Shown in pieces: positions 1 through 9,627 of a stretch of DNA of 64,000 bases. How positions within the stretch are numbered: the first letter of the stretch is position 1; each line of letters starts with the position of its first letter. Location: contig JBBFKW010000013.1 in NCBI GenBank assembly GCA_037481835.1, positions 1 to 64,000 on the forward strand, written 5' to 3'. The DNA is from Desulfosoma sp. GTDB taxonomy: Bacteria > Desulfobacterota > Syntrophobacteria > Syntrophobacterales > DSM-9756. The position numbers were made by a program, and so were the translations under genes. The notes under the pieces were generated by a model. That model was not told the origin of the DNA. It did not search any database and was given only the letters and a program-made list of their open reading frames with translations.

Positions 1-105
1 GCAAAATCGCGACAATCCCCTCTTTTTGAACATACATGTGACAAACTTGGGTTAGTCATAATCTGCGCAAAGGCTTGGAGGGCATTGTGAGGCAAAAAAT
101 TAGGT

Positions 106-2247
106 TTATTGAACTTTTAGCCCCCGAGGTGGTTCGGGGGGTGTTGGCGTCGGTGTTGGGGAAGGTGTTGGTGTCTGTTGAGTGAGGTAGTAAATTTTTA
201 TTGCATCGATGGCTTCGCGAAACCCCTCCCACTGAAGAGTCGGGATCGGATCCTTGAGCGTAGGATAGGCCATAACATGCGGTCTCCAATTGGCTTCCGC
301 CCAATCATCCCACGGATAACCTGTCTGATATGCAAAGTTGAGGATGCCTTTGAAGCCGCTCTTGATGAGGCCTGGGCCATATTGCACATAGTATGTTCCC
401 GGTGTTTCCTGACCGGCCTGCGGCGTATTGTATGCCCAAAATTCTTTTTGACTGCTCTGGTTGTCCGTGTTTTGTACGGATATATTGTCGATTATAAGGT
501 CAGTGTCCGTGCCGAAACCCAAACGAAGAGTGCCACCGGTGATGTCGCACTGAAAGTCAACGCTATGAGTCCCTTTTGTCACAGGTAGATTGTAATCCTT
601 CGTTGTGCATCCGCCCCCCCCCTGGGCAATAACAATGTAGCCTTTGACGTAATCAAGAATTTCATAGCTTAAGCGATAAGTTTTCCCAGCTTCGGACGGG
701 AAATATTGCGATACAGTAACATAAGCTCCCGGCTTTTTAACGCCTTTGCCGGATTGGATGGTGAAGTATACAGGGTCGGAGATAGACCAGGGGTTACACC
801 AATAAGGTTCGAGGTTCTGCTCCTCTAGCTGTGAATTGAGCGTTAACGCCGAAGGATCTCCAAAGCGCTCTTGTAGTTGGCAACGGGGGATAATGCCTAC
901 GTCTAAAAGATCTTTCAATTGCAAAGCGGTGACCCTTTTAGTGGCAACGAAATTCTTGAGCCCGAGTTTCTTTGCCTCTATAAAAGTTGATTGAAGTGAC
1001 ATATAAGTCTGGTAGTCTGATTCGTCTTTATTGTAAATGTAGACGTCCGTAAAGTTGTACTTTCCGGAGAGTTCTTTGATCGCCGTGAGCTTTTTATTGT
1101 ACAAAACCATATCGCTCGAGTCTGTCATCTGCCAGTCGATGTAAAGCAACTCCTTCCGTAGAAACCCTGCCTGTCGAAAGTTTTCAAGGGAGACTGACAG
1201 GCTGGTTAAAGATGAATCTGATGAATAATAGTGGCAAAGACCGATGTTTGTGAGACCATGGGCGCGCATGTCTTTCATCTCAGAGAGCAGCTGATCCTTG
1301 CTTTTTGAGCGACACGATATACCATTATAACCCTGAACATAATTTCCCAAATAGTACAGGGAAATTGGGAACGGCGGGTCATTGAGGCTTTCGGATAGGA
1401 CGTTAAGTTGCATCGGAAGAGCCTGTTGGTATGAAGCTCCATCGACTTCTAGCGCAATATTCAAAGAACCTTGGTAAGTCCCAGGGGAGGTTGAGGAAGG
1501 CACATGGACAGTGATCCAGAGTTGTTGGTTGAATGTGGGGGGGACTTCAAACGGAAGAAGCGACGGCGAATCGGTAATCTTGTTGTAATCTCGAATGATA
1601 TTAACCTGTCGGAGGAGGTCGACTTGCACAAGATTGGAGTCGTGGAGGAGGAGTTCAGGGACAAGAATTTTAGGATCACCTGTTCTTCGGTCTAAACTCT
1701 TGCCTGCTTGGAACCAGCATTTAACAATTCTTACGTCAATAAGACTCGCGGGGATCTTGTCGCCCGTTTGAGTATGCACAAGATCCGACCAGGTAATTGT
1801 CACTTTCTTGAGAGGTTGTAATCCCGAGCGGAGAACGAAACTCATGGGCTGGTAGTCGTTTCGATAGGCGTTTGCGGCAAGTTGATTCCCGGTATGAGTA
1901 TTTGGTACGGGGTCGGAATAGGGCAATATGTAGGTGTCGGAAATGGGTGCGGTCACGATGAGAACTTCGAAGGGCTTGGAACCAACGGACCAAGATGCGG
2001 GAGGGCTATAAGACCCGTGGGGCTCTTGTACCGCGCCCGTAATAGTCCAGGTGTGTTCCCCGTCCGAAAACGTTGCGTGGGTTCCTTCAATAGTATAAGG
2101 CCTCCCAGCAGCTACGGCCGAATAGATAGCCTTAACTTCGGAATCAGTGGGTTGGGCCTGTGTGATTGATGTGAATGTCTCCACAAGTAGGACATGAAGG
2201 AGTATCAGGCAAGGAAATTTTAGAGATTTACGAAGAGTGCTAGTCAT
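106..2247 (-). CDS. Secreted GH123/DUF4091-like putative glycoside hydrolase with inserted CBM-like module and Pro/Thr linker tail
   Basis: N-terminal signal peptide (MTSTLRKSLKFPCLILLHVLLVETFTSITQA). Segments YQPMSFVLRS, IDVRIVKCW, QQLWITVHVP..PGTYQG and PIPTLQWEGFREAID resemble GH123-like N-terminal and DUF4091 regions. ATG at 2247 preferred over TTG at 2280. Confidence 0.6.
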   Translation of the reverse strand: MTSTLRKSLKFPCLILLHVLLVETFTSITQAQPTDSEVKAIYSAVAAGRPYTIEGTHATFSDGEHTWTITGAVQEPHGSYSPPASWSVGSKPFEVLIVTAPISDTYILPYSDPVPNTHTGNQLAANAYRNDYQPMSFVLRSGLQPLKKVTITWSDLVHTQTGDKIPASLIDVRIVKCWFQAGKSLDRRTGDPKILVPELLLHDSNLVQVDLLRQVNIIRDYNKITDSPSLLPFEVPPTFNQQLWITVHVPSSTSPGTYQGSLNIALEVDGASYQQALPMQLNVLSESLNDPPFPISLYYLGNYVQGYNGISCRSKSKDQLLSEMKDMRAHGLTNIGLCHYYSSDSSLTSLSVSLENFRQAGFLRKELLYIDWQMTDSSDMVLYNKKLTAIKELSGKYNFTDVYIYNKDESDYQTYMSLQSTFIEAKKLGLKNFVATKRVTALQLKDLLDVGIIPRCQLQERFGDPSALTLNSQLEEQNLEPYWCNPWSISDPVYFTIQSGKGVKKPGAYVTVSQYFPSEAGKTYRLSYEILDYVKGYIVIAQGGGGCTTKDYNLPVTKGTHSVDFQCDITGGTLRLGFGTDTDLIIDNISVQNTDNQSSQKEFWAYNTPQAGQETPGTYYVQYGPGLIKSGFKGILNFAYQTGYPWDDWAEANWRPHVMAYPTLKDPIPTLQWEGFREAIDAIKIYYLTQQTPTPSPTPTPTPPEPPRGLKVQ

Positions 2248-2288
2248 AGTGTTTATCCTGATAAGGAAAAATGACAGCAAGTATAAGG

Positions 2289-3317
2289 CTAAAAGGCGTT
2301 CTTGATGGGCCGTTGCAGGTACTCATCAAGGTACCACCTGATAGTACGCTGCAGTCCCTCTTCTAGAGGGGTTTGAGCTGTGAAGCCGAACCAATCCCGA
2401 GCCCGCCGGACGTCAAGCTTACGGCGCGGTTGGCCGTTGGGTTTGCTCGTATCCCACATGATCTTTCCGTGAAAACGGGTGAGACGAGCAATAGTTTCCA
2501 CGAGATCCCTGATGGTAATTTCGGACGCGGTGCCGATGTTGACCGGCTCACTGCGGTTGTACCGTTCCGCGGCAAGGACGATGGCTTCCGCCGCGTCCTC
2601 GACGTAAAGAAACTCCCGGGTTGGCGATCCGTCCCCCCAGACCACGATATGGTCATCGCCCCTTTGACGAGCTTCAAAGCACTTGCGGATTAGCGCGGGA
2701 ATGACATGGGAGGTTTCGGGGTTGAAATTGTCCCGCGGTCCGTAGAGATTGACCGGCAAGAGGAATATCGCATTGAAGCCGTACTGTTGACGGTAAGCTT
2801 GACTCTGGACCAAAAGCATCTTCTTGGCAAGACCATATGGTGCGTTGGTTTCCTCGGGATAGCCGTTCCACAAATCCTCTTCTTTGAAAGGCACAGGGGT
2901 GTGTTTTGGATAGCCGCAGACGGTTCCTACTGCCACGAACTTCTTCACCCCTGCAAGCCAGGCCTCGTGGAGCAGTTGAACCCCCATCATGAGGTTATCA
3001 TAGAAAAACTCGGCGGGCTTGGCCATGTTGGCGCCGATCCCGCCGACGCGCGCCGCCAGGTGAATGACATACAATTCCGCTTTTTCCCTGCCAAAGTGCA
3101 ACGCAGAAGATTCGGACGCTTGGGCATGATCAAAGAGCCGGCGGACGGCCTCAATCTGGCGAAGGTCGTACTGCACACTGCGCGGGACGATAACTTCCAG
3201 GGCCCCGCGCGCCCGAAGTCTCTCCACGACGAAAGAGCCCAAAAACCCCGCGCCGCCGGTGACAATCACGCGCTTGTTCTGCCAAAATGTCTTACTGTCC
3301 GGCCAGGATTGCTCCAT
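2289..3317 (-). CDS. fcl: GDP-L-fucose synthase
   Basis: TGGAGFLG Rossmann motif, [14 protein letters not shown] catalytic motif, [14 protein letters not shown] 3317 preceded by AGGAG. Directly downstream of gmd. Confidence 0.95.
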   Translation of the reverse strand: MEQSWPDSKTFWQNKRVIVTGGAGFLGSFVVERLRARGALEVIVPRSVQYDLRQIEAVRRLFDHAQASESSALHFGREKAELYVIHLAARVGGIGANMAKPAEFFYDNLMMGVQLLHEAWLAGVKKFVAVGTVCGYPKHTPVPFKEEDLWNGYPEETNAPYGLAKKMLLVQSQAYRQQYGFNAIFLLPVNLYGPRDNFNPETSHVIPALIRKCFEARQRGDDHIVVWGDGSPTREFLYVEDAAEAIVLAAERYNRSEPVNIGTASEITIRDLVETIARLTRFHGKIMWDTSKPNGQPRRKLDVRRARDWFGFTAQTPLEEGLQRTIRWYLDEYLQRPIKNAF

Positions 3318-3357
3318 GAATGCTCCTAGTGTGCCCGAACCCCTTTCGGCCCTGGCG

Positions 3358-4443
3358 TCATTCGAAGTAATTGAAAACAGAAAAGCCCTGGGTGCGCCAG
3401 AGAGCATCGCGCCGCGCTTCCTTCAAATCCTCCTCGACCATGGACACCACAAGTTCCTGAAAGCCTATAGTAGGTTCCCAGCCCAAACGTTCCTTCGCCT
3501 TGGACGCATCCCCCAGGAGGGAGTCCACCTCCGTGGGCCGAAAATAGCGAGGATCAATCCGCACGAGGACTCTGCCGGTTCCAAGGTCACGGCCAACCTC
3601 GTCCATGCCCTTGCCTTCCCAGCCTATATGGAAGCCTACATGACGGAAGGCCAGCTCCACGAATTCCCGGACGGAATGGGCTTCGCCCGTGGCGATCACG
3701 TAATCGTCCGGTTCGTCCTGCTGGAGCACAAGCCACATGGCCCGCACGTAATCCTTTGCGTGACCCCAGTCGCGCTTGGCATCCAGATTTCCCAAGTAGA
3801 GGACGTCCTGAAGTCCCAACCGGATGCGGGCGGCGGCTCGGGTGATCTTACGCGTGACGAACGTTTCGCCCCGAATGGGCGATTCGTGGTTGAAAAGGAT
3901 TCCGTTGCAGGCGTAGATGCCGTAGGCCTCCCGGTAATTGACCGTGATCCAGTAGCTGTAAACCTTGGCGGCCCCGTATGGGCTTCGGGGATAAAAAGGC
4001 GTGGACTCCTTCTGGGGAACTTCGGCCACCTTGCCGAACATTTCGCTGGTGGACGCCTGGTAAAAGCGGGTCCGACTTTCCATGCCCAGGATGCGGATAC
4101 CCTCCAAAAGCCGCAACGTGCCCAAAGCATCGCAGTTGGCGGTATATTCGGGAGATTCGAAGGAAACCTGCACATGACTCTGGGCCGCCAGGTTGTAGAT
4201 TTCGTCGGGCTGCACCTGTTGCAGGATGCGGATGAGGTTGGTGGAGTCGGTAAGGTCACCGTAGTGTAGGATGAAGCGCCGATCCGGTTCGTGGGGATCC
4301 TGATAGAGATGGTCGATGCGGGCCGTGTTGAAGGAGGAGGACCGACGCTTGATACCGTGCACCACGTAGCCCTTCTTGAGAAGAAAGTCCGCCAGATAGG
4401 CGCCGTCCTGGCCCGTGACACCTGTGATCAGAGCACGTCTCAA
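3358..4443 (-). CDS. gmd: GDP-mannose 4,6-dehydratase
   Basis: [60 protein letters not shown] start 7 nt after GAAGGGA. Confidence 0.97.
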   Translation of the reverse strand: MRRALITGVTGQDGAYLADFLLKKGYVVHGIKRRSSSFNTARIDHLYQDPHEPDRRFILHYGDLTDSTNLIRILQQVQPDEIYNLAAQSHVQVSFESPEYTANCDALGTLRLLEGIRILGMESRTRFYQASTSEMFGKVAEVPQKESTPFYPRSPYGAAKVYSYWITVNYREAYGIYACNGILFNHESPIRGETFVTRKITRAAARIRLGLQDVLYLGNLDAKRDWGHAKDYVRAMWLVLQQDEPDDYVIATGEAHSVREFVELAFRHVGFHIGWEGKGMDEVGRDLGTGRVLVRIDPRYFRPTEVDSLLGDASKAKERLGWEPTIGFQELVVSMVEEDLKEARRDALWRTQGFSVFNYFE

Positions 4444-4652
4444 GGTTCATTCCCTTCTTTTTTTTTCAAAGGGACAAGGCGACTAAGTAAAAGATCTGTT
4501 GCTCCAGGCCTCGCTCCTTTGCGGTTCGTTGGCCCGAATCGTTCCCGATCCCAGACGCCGTCCCCACGCCGTTTGTCGGGCAGAGCTTCGCCAACTCGGT
4601 TAAATCGACCAAGGATCTTGGGTTAGGCGGCAATTGCTGGGTACCAATCCTA

Positions 4653-4753
4653 GGAGGCTGTCCGAGAACTCGATTCTTGCCGATTTGAGCAACGTAAATT
4701 CAGATAGTTATGATGCCATAAAGCACCAAAATCGGCATTCTCGGACAAGCTCC
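4653..4753. mobile_element. MITE copy 1 (101 bp, non-autonomous)
   Basis: Ends GGAGGCTGTCCGAGAA ... TTCTCGGACAAGCTCC, flanked by TA on both sides (CCTAGG context). Near-identical copy at 28516-28616 and a more diverged inverted copy at 8016-8116. Confidence 0.9.
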
Positions 4754-4873
4754 TAGGGAACCTTTGTTAATTATATTATCGTCTCATTTACGAGATTTTT
4801 GTAGAAAAATTTTCGACGGTCTGCAAGGAGGAACGAGGGCGTACCGGGCGCGGCGAGAAAGCATGCCTCGCGG

Positions 4874-5623
4874 TCAGTGCAGGATTTGGCTGAGGAAGAG
4901 CCGGGTGCGCTCGTGCTTGGGGTTGGAGAAAAATTCCTGCGGCGTGTTTTCTTCCACGATGGAGCCCTGGTCCATGAAAAGGACCCGATGGGCCACGCTT
5001 CGAGCGAAGCCCATTTCGTGGGTGACCACGATCATGGTCATGCCTTCCTGGGCCAGTTCGATCATGACGTCCAGGACTTCCTTGATCATTTCCGGGTCCA
5101 GGGCCGAGGTGGGTTCATCGAAGAGCATGACCTTGGGGTTCATGCATAGGCTGCGGGCGATGGCCACCCGCTGCTGCTGGCCTCCGGAAAGCTGTCCCGG
5201 AAACTTGCGCGCCTGTTCGGCGATGTGGACCTTTTCCAAAAAGTACATGGCGGTTTCTTCCGCCTGCTTTCGCGGCACCTTGCGCACCCACACGGGCCCC
5301 AGGGTCAGGTTGTCCAGGACCGTAAGATGCGGAAACAGGTTGAAATGCTGGAACACCATGCCGACTTCCGAACGGATCTTTTCGATGTTTTTGATGTTGT
5401 GCGTCAGTTCGATGCCGTCCACGATGATGCGCCCCCGCTGGTGTTCTTCCAGGCGGTTGATGCAGCGGATGAGCGTGGATTTGCCCGATCCGGACGGGCC
5501 GCAGATGACGATCCGTTCCTTGGCGTGCACCGTGAGATGGATGCCCCGAAGGACATGGAATTCGCCGAACCACTTGTGCACGTCGATCATTTCCACCATG
5601 GGCCGCGATTCCACCGTCGTCAA
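4874..5623 (-). CDS. aapP: General L-amino acid ABC transporter ATP-binding protein (AapP/BztD-like)
   Basis: Walker [18 protein letters not shown] signature, [14 protein letters not shown] 5623 preceded by GGAGG. Confidence 0.92.
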   Translation of the reverse strand: MTTVESRPMVEMIDVHKWFGEFHVLRGIHLTVHAKERIVICGPSGSGKSTLIRCINRLEEHQRGRIIVDGIELTHNIKNIEKIRSEVGMVFQHFNLFPHLTVLDNLTLGPVWVRKVPRKQAEETAMYFLEKVHIAEQARKFPGQLSGGQQQRVAIARSLCMNPKVMLFDEPTSALDPEMIKEVLDVMIELAQEGMTMIVVTHEMGFARSVAHRVLFMDQGSIVEENTPQEFFSNPKHERTRLFLSQILH

Positions 5624-5646
5624 GAAAGGATCCTCCCCAAGCTCTT

Positions 5647-6759
5647 TCAATGGTCCGTGGAAAGCTGTTTTTCCAGCCTCCGGCTGTAATGGGACATGGA
5701 AAAACATCCCGTAAAGTAAAAGATCGCCAAGAAAAGATAGGCTTCCCGGCTGAAGCCCATCCATTCCGGGTTGGACAGCACCGTTTGCGTCGTCTTCAGC
5801 ACGTCGTACAGGGCGATAATGACCACAAGGGACGTGTCCTTAAAGGCCGAAATGAGGATGCTCACCGTGGGCGGAATGACGATTTTCAGGGCCTGGGGGA
5901 GCACCACGAGCCGCATGGTGAGGTAGTAGTTCAGCCCCAGCGATTCGGCCGCTTCGTATTGCCCCCGGGGGATGGCCTGCAGGCCGCCCCGAACCACTTC
6001 GGCGATATAGGCCGCCGTAAAGAGGATGATGGCCGCCTGAGCCCGAAGGATCTTGTTGATGGTGATCCCGGCCGGAAGGAACAGCGGGAAGATGATGGAG
6101 GCCATAAAGAGCAGGCTGATGAGGGGAACGCCGCGGATGAGTTCGATATAGGCGATGCACAGGACCTTGACGGCGGGCATGCGGGATTGCCGTCCTAGGG
6201 CAAGGAGCACTCCCAGGGGATAGGCCGCCGTGAGGCCGAAGACCGCAAGGAGGAGCGTAAGGGGCAGTCCGCCCCACTGGGAGCTTTCCACGGCCGAAAG
6301 GCCGAAGAGTCCTCCGGCCATGAGCGTTCCCATGGCGGCCAAGCCCGCACCCCAGGCGCACGCCAGGGCCTTGGTCCAGTATTTGCGGTCCCGGGAAAAG
6401 AAGATGAGGGCGACAAGCATGATGACGGCCACGATCGGACGCCATTGCTGGTCGTAGGGGTAAAAGCCGAACAGGATGAAGCGGATGTTTTGGCTGATGA
6501 CGGACCAGCAGGCCCCGTCGGTCTGGCGGCACAAGGCCGAAGGCGTCGCCCATACCGCGTCCAGGAAGGCCCATCGGATGAGCGGCGGTATGGTTTTCCA
6601 CAGGAAGGTCAGCGTGAGCACGGTGAGGAGGCTGTTCAGGGGGCTGTTGAACAGGTTCTTTCGGAGCCAGCCCAGGGGGCCGACGGCCGTCACCGGGGGT
6701 TTCAGGATGTCCCCGGGCTCCGGTGCAGGCTTTGCGGATGAGTGCTCGGGCCGGTTCAT
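5647..6759 (-). CDS. aapM: Amino acid ABC transporter permease (AapM-like)
   Basis: [36 protein letters not shown] (EAA loop), FKDTSLV. Confidence 0.92.
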   Translation of the reverse strand: MNRPEHSSAKPAPEPGDILKPPVTAVGPLGWLRKNLFNSPLNSLLTVLTLTFLWKTIPPLIRWAFLDAVWATPSALCRQTDGACWSVISQNIRFILFGFYPYDQQWRPIVAVIMLVALIFFSRDRKYWTKALACAWGAGLAAMGTLMAGGLFGLSAVESSQWGGLPLTLLLAVFGLTAAYPLGVLLALGRQSRMPAVKVLCIAYIELIRGVPLISLLFMASIIFPLFLPAGITINKILRAQAAIILFTAAYIAEVVRGGLQAIPRGQYEAAESLGLNYYLTMRLVVLPQALKIVIPPTVSILISAFKDTSLVVIIALYDVLKTTQTVLSNPEWMGFSREAYLFLAIFYFTGCFSMSHYSRRLEKQLSTDH

Positions 6760-7949
6760 CGTTCCACCAGTTTGGCTTTCTTGTTGTACCAGTTCATGAA
6801 CGCCGACGTGGACAGGCTGAAAAAGAGGTAGACCACCATGATCAAGGCCACGCCCTCGATGGACTGGCCCGTTTGGTTGATGGTCGTATTGGCCACCGAG
6901 ACGAAATCGGGATAGCCGATGGCCACGGCCAGGGAGCTGTTCTTGGTCAGGTTAAGCATCTGGCTGGTGAGCGGCGGGATGATCACGCGAAGGGCCTGGG
7001 GCAGGATGACGAGCCGCAGGACCTGGGCCGAACTGAGCCCCAAGGACATGGCGGCTTCGCGCTGCCCTTTGCCGACGGCCTGGATGCCGGCCCGGACGAT
7101 TTCCGCCACGAAGGCCGCCGTGTAGAGGACGAGTCCCAGCAGGACCGCCGTGAATTCCGGGCTCAGGGTCTTGCCGCCGACGAAGTTGAAACCCCGGAGT
7201 TCCGGAAGCGTCACCGCCCGCGGGCTTCCCATGACCCACCAGGCGAGCAGGGGCGCGCCCACGACGAGGGCCAGGGAGGTGCGAAACACGGGAAAGGTTT
7301 TTCCCGTGCGATCCTGGCGGCGCCGGGCCCACCGGCGAACACCCCAGGAGACGGCCGCGGCGGCGATGACGGCCAGCATCATTAGACGCCACGCCGGATG
7401 GGGGTCCAGCGACGGAACGATGAGGCCGCGGTTGCACAGGTAGACTCCGGTCAGCGGGTTCAGGGCGCTCCTCGGGCCGGGAAGGGTTTCGTAAAAGAGG
7501 GCGTACCAGAAGAAAAGCTGCAAGAGGACGGGGATGTCCTGCATGACCTCGATGTAGACGGCGGCAAGGCGCGCGATGAGCCAGTTGGTGGAAAGGCGGG
7601 CGATGCCGATGAAGGTTCCGAGAACGACGGTCAAGATTATGCCGAGGGCGGCCACTTTGATGGTGTTCAGCGCCCCGACGAGCAGGGCCCGGGCGTAGGT
7701 GTCCGCGGCGCTGTAAGGGATGAGCGATTCTCCGATTTCAAAGGCCGCTTCTTTCTGCAGAAAGCCGAAGCCGGTGGCGATCTTTTGGCGGTGGAGGTTT
7801 TCCACGGTGTTGGAGATGAGGTACCAGGCGATGAGGGCGACGACGCCGAGGACGAAGGCCTGAAACAGGACGGCGCGTTTCCTCAGGTCCAGCCAAAAGG
7901 GTTCGGCGGCAGGCGGCGCCGACGGCGATGTTTTTACGGGCGACGTCAA
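6756..7949 (-). CDS. aapQ: Amino acid ABC transporter permease (AapQ-like)
   Basis: GFGFL..EAAFEIGES, IPVLLQLFFWY, AEIVRAGIQAVGKGQREAA, LTKNSSLAVAIGYPD. TTG 7949 preceded by GGAGG. Confidence 0.92.
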   Translation of the reverse strand: MTSPVKTSPSAPPAAEPFWLDLRKRAVLFQAFVLGVVALIAWYLISNTVENLHRQKIATGFGFLQKEAAFEIGESLIPYSAADTYARALLVGALNTIKVAALGIILTVVLGTFIGIARLSTNWLIARLAAVYIEVMQDIPVLLQLFFWYALFYETLPGPRSALNPLTGVYLCNRGLIVPSLDPHPAWRLMMLAVIAAAAVSWGVRRWARRRQDRTGKTFPVFRTSLALVVGAPLLAWWVMGSPRAVTLPELRGFNFVGGKTLSPEFTAVLLGLVLYTAAFVAEIVRAGIQAVGKGQREAAMSLGLSSAQVLRLVILPQALRVIIPPLTSQMLNLTKNSSLAVAIGYPDFVSVANTTINQTGQSIEGVALIMVVYLFFSLSTSAFMNWYNKKAKLVER

Positions 7950-8015
7950 AACGAACCTCCACGATGAAAGCCGGCCCTCCGCAGTGGCCGCCGCCGGCGG
8001 CCCATACCGCACCTA

Positions 8016-8116
8016 GGAGCTTGTCCGAGAATGCCGATTTTGCTGGTTTGTGGCATCGTAACTATCTGAATTTACGTTGCTCAGATCGGCAAGAACCGAG
8101 TTCTCAGACAGCCTCC
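8016..8116. mobile_element. MITE copy 2 (inverted relative to copies 1 and 3, more diverged)
   Basis: GGAGCTTGTCCGAGAA ... TTCTCAGACAGCCTCC flanked by TA/TA. The internal sequence is the reverse complement of copy 1 with several substitutions. Confidence 0.88.
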
Positions 8117-8125
8117 TAAGGTGCC

Positions 8126-8212
8126 TCGCCCCGAAGGGGCGAAATATTCCAGCCCAGGGCGAAGCCCTGGGTTCCGGGGGCACCCCCCATGAGCCAGCCC
8201 CGGAGGGGCGCA
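8126..8212 (+). repeat. Triple-hairpin REP-like repeat, copy A
   Basis: TCGCCCC-GAA-GGGGCGA, CCCAGGGC-GAA-GCCCTGGG, GCCCC-GGA-GGGGCGCA. Same architecture at 8286-8374 and 9539-9627. Confidence 0.75.
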
Positions 8213-8285
8213 ACATCGCATCCCGGAACTCCGCCCCGGGCCCCAAACGGCGAAGCGATCCCTAACAATTCAAAGACGGCCATCC

Positions 8286-8374
8286 TCCGCTCCACCGGAG
8301 CTCGGTGGAAAAAGGGGGGGCGGCCCGCGACCCGGGGCGGTGCCCCGGGCTTCATTGCCTTGCCCTTTCGGGGC
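8286..8374 (-). repeat. Triple-hairpin REP-like repeat, copy C (also terminator-like after aapJ)
   Basis: Minus strand GCCCCGAAAGGGC-N11-GCCCGGGGC-ACC-GCCCCGGG-TCGCGGG-CCGCCCCCCCTTTTTCCACCGA-GCTCCGGTGGAGCGGA. Confidence 0.7.
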
Positions 8375-8397
8375 ACCGTGCGGGGCGCCGGCAGTTT

Positions 8398-9411
8398 TCA
8401 ACGGAACGGGGCGGCGTACATGAGGCCCCCTTGGGTCCACAGGGCGTTCAACCCGCGTTCCATGGCCAGAGGGGTCTTGGGGCCGACGTTCCGTTCGAAG
8501 ATTTCGCCGTAATTACCCACTTGCTTGACGATGTTATAGGCCCACTTGTCGTCCAATCCCAGGGCGGCGCCCAAACCCGGTGTCACCCCCAGGAACCGTT
8601 GGATTTCCGGATCGGGGCTTTTGAGCATCTCGTCGACATTCTGAGACGTGATGCCGAATTCTTCCGCCTGGATCAAGGCCATGACGGTCCAATTGACAAT
8701 GTCGAACCATTGGTCGTCCCCGTGGCGCACAACGGGCGCCAGAGGCTCCTTGGAAATGACTTCCGGCAGGATGATGTAGTCTTGCGGGTTGGGGGCGACG
8801 GCCCGGTGACCGGCAAGCTGCGACACATCGGAGGTCAGGCAGTCACAGCGTCCTGAAAAGAAGGCCTTGTTCAGTTCCGCGTTTTGTTCGATGACCACCG
8901 GTTTCCATTGGAGGTTGTTTTTCCGGAAAAAGTCCGCGGCATTGAGTTCCGTCGTCGTCCCCGGCAGGACGCACACGGTGGCGCCGCTCAGTTCCTTGGC
9001 GCTTTTCACCCCAAGTTTTTTCGGCACCATGAACCCTTGGCCGTCGTAGAAGTTCACGTGGACGAAATTCAGTCCGTTCGTGGTCTCGCGAAGGAGCGTT
9101 TGGGTCGTGTTCCGGCACAGGACGTCCACTTCCTTGGATTGCAAGGTGGGAAGCCGTTGCACGGCCGTGAGGGGGACGAACTTGATTTTGTTCGCATCAC
9201 CGAAAACGGCGGCGGCGATGGCCCGAGCCGTGTCCACATCCAGGCCCTTCCAGACGCCTTTGTCGTCGGGCATGCTGAAGCCGAAAACCTGGCCGTTGAC
9301 ACCCACGGTGAGGTAGCCACGGGCTTTAACTTCATCCAGCGTGGCGGCTGGGGCGTTCACGGCCCATCCCAAGAGAAGAGCGGTGATAAGGATCCATTTC
9401 GTTGTTTTCAT
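8398..9411 (-). CDS. aapJ: General L-amino acid ABC transporter substrate-binding protein (AapJ/BztA-like)
   Basis: Signal peptide MKTTKWILITALLLGWAVNAPA, FYDGQGFMV, GTTTELN, ISKEPLAPVVRHGDDQW, GNYGEIFERN, GGLMYAAPFR. RBS AAGGAGG. Confidence 0.95.
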   Translation of the reverse strand: MKTTKWILITALLLGWAVNAPAATLDEVKARGYLTVGVNGQVFGFSMPDDKGVWKGLDVDTARAIAAAVFGDANKIKFVPLTAVQRLPTLQSKEVDVLCRNTTQTLLRETTNGLNFVHVNFYDGQGFMVPKKLGVKSAKELSGATVCVLPGTTTELNAADFFRKNNLQWKPVVIEQNAELNKAFFSGRCDCLTSDVSQLAGHRAVAPNPQDYIILPEVISKEPLAPVVRHGDDQWFDIVNWTVMALIQAEEFGITSQNVDEMLKSPDPEIQRFLGVTPGLGAALGLDDKWAYNIVKQVGNYGEIFERNVGPKTPLAMERGLNALWTQGGLMYAAPFR

Positions 9412-9538
9412 GGAGCGTCCCTCCTTGGTGTTTGGGTTGGTATGGAGCGCATCCTTTCCTGTGTGTCGAAAATCGTCCTTGGGGGTTTTTGTCGTATCGC
9501 CCCTTTCGTGCCGAAGGTGATGGCCTGGGTTGGGATCC

Positions 9539-9627
9539 TGCGCCCCTTCGGAGCTTGTTGGAAAATTAAGGGCGGCCCGGGACCCGGGCCGATGCCCTGG
9601 GCGATTTTCCGTGCCCCTTCGGGGTGC
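9539..9627 (-). repeat. Triple-hairpin REP-like repeat, copy B (aapJ leader)
   Basis: Minus strand GCACCCCGAAGGGGC-N10-GCCCAGGGC-ATCG-GCCCGGG-TCCCGGG-CCGCCCTTAATTTTCCAACAA-GCTCCGAAGGGGCGCA. Confidence 0.7.

Noticed and set aside
1..33. Possible start of a next minus-strand gene (MFKKRGLSRFC...)
   Set aside because: Only 11 codons visible with no clear RBS; cannot be supported within the window.
4444..4450. Possible frameshift at the gmd start (out-of-frame ATG at 4450)
   Set aside because: In-frame TTG at 4443 has proper RBS spacing and yields a normal-length Gmd N-terminus.
8013..8512. Small ORFs across the aapJ-aapQ spacer and MITEs (also 28513-28731)
   Set aside because: They are translations of repeat/MITE sequence with no RBS or protein motifs.
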